Assembly: GCA_964016885.1 (NCBI GenBank)
Contig: OZ024742.1
Location: 137,578,001 to 137,642,000, forward strand
Source: Eledone cirrhosa
Taxonomy: Eukaryota
Length of the DNA: 64,000 nt
Reading direction: 5' to 3'
A program made the position numbers and the translations under genes. Below are positions 63,451-64,000 of this stretch, one piece after another; the first letter of the stretch is position 1; each line of letters opens with the position of its first letter. The notes beneath the pieces were generated by a model, which saw nothing but the letters and a program-made list of their open reading frames with translations, made no database searches and was not told the DNA's origin.

Positions 63451-64000
63451 AATGGCTTTCAGGCAAACCCTTCCATAAGAAAGTGTAACCTAATGGCTTT
63501 CGGGCAAACCCTTCCATAAGAAAGTGTTACCTAATGGCTTTCAGGCAAACCCTTCCATAAGAAAGTGAAACCTAATGGCTTTCAGGCAAACCCTTCCATA
63601 GAAAGTGAAACCTAATGGCTTTCAGGCAAACCCTTCCATAAGAAAGTGCAACCTAATGGCTTTCAGGCAAACCCTTCCATAAGAAAGTGAAACCTAATGG
63701 CTTTTAGGCAAACCCTTCCATAAGAAAGTGTAACCTAATGACTTTCAGGCAAACCCTTCCATAAGAAAGTGTAACCTAATGGCTTTCGGGCAAACCCTTC
63801 CATAAGAAAGTGTTACCTAATGGCTTTCAGGCAAACCCTTCCATAAGAAAGTGTAACCTAATGGCTTTCGGGCAAACCCTTCCATAAGAACGTGTTACCT
63901 AATGGCTTTCAGGCAAACCCTTCCATAAGAAAGTGAAACCTAATGGCTTTCAGGCAAACCCTTCCATAGAAAGTGAAACCTAATGGCTTTCAGGCAAAGC
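63418..64000. repeat. 41-bp tandem repeat (about 14 units, runs off the window edge)
   Basis: Unit CTAATGGCTTTCAGGCAAACCCTTCCATAAGAAAGTG(A/T/C)(A/T)AC, head to tail with no spacers. Confidence 0.95.

Noticed and set aside
63418-64000. CRISPR-like array
   Set aside because: Units are contiguous with no unique spacers, there are no cas genes, and the context is eukaryotic.

Overview
AT-rich, microsatellite-dense animal genomic DNA with no confidently identifiable host gene. The SINE families and repeat landscape resemble octopus/cephalopod DNA; this is from recall and unverified. The window is almost entirely mobile DNA: (1) five L1/Tx1-type two-ORF non-LTR retrotransposon copies, all on the - strand and bounded by (AAT)n; (2) four 5'-truncated R4/Dong-like RT + restriction-like-endonuclease elements, all on the + strand and also bounded by (AAT)n; (3) about a dozen tRNA-derived SINE copies whose 3' end matches the Tx1 3' end; (4) many short palindromic elements in (TA)n tracts that carry minimal, Penelope-type hammerhead ribozyme motifs; (5) a Chapaev3-like DNA transposon, a non-autonomous Helitron, piggyBac and RTE relics, and a 41-bp satellite derived from RTE coding sequence. 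Most notable observations: a conserved splice donor at the Tx1 ORF1 stop paired with a strong acceptor in the 3' UTR, so ORF2 could be removed as one intron; a ~22.6-kb nest of TAA-associated retroelements with strict, opposite strand polarity; a SINE/Tx1 partnership; and palindromes that fold back exactly at hammerhead helix II. All calls were made by eye, with no database searches or folding computations.
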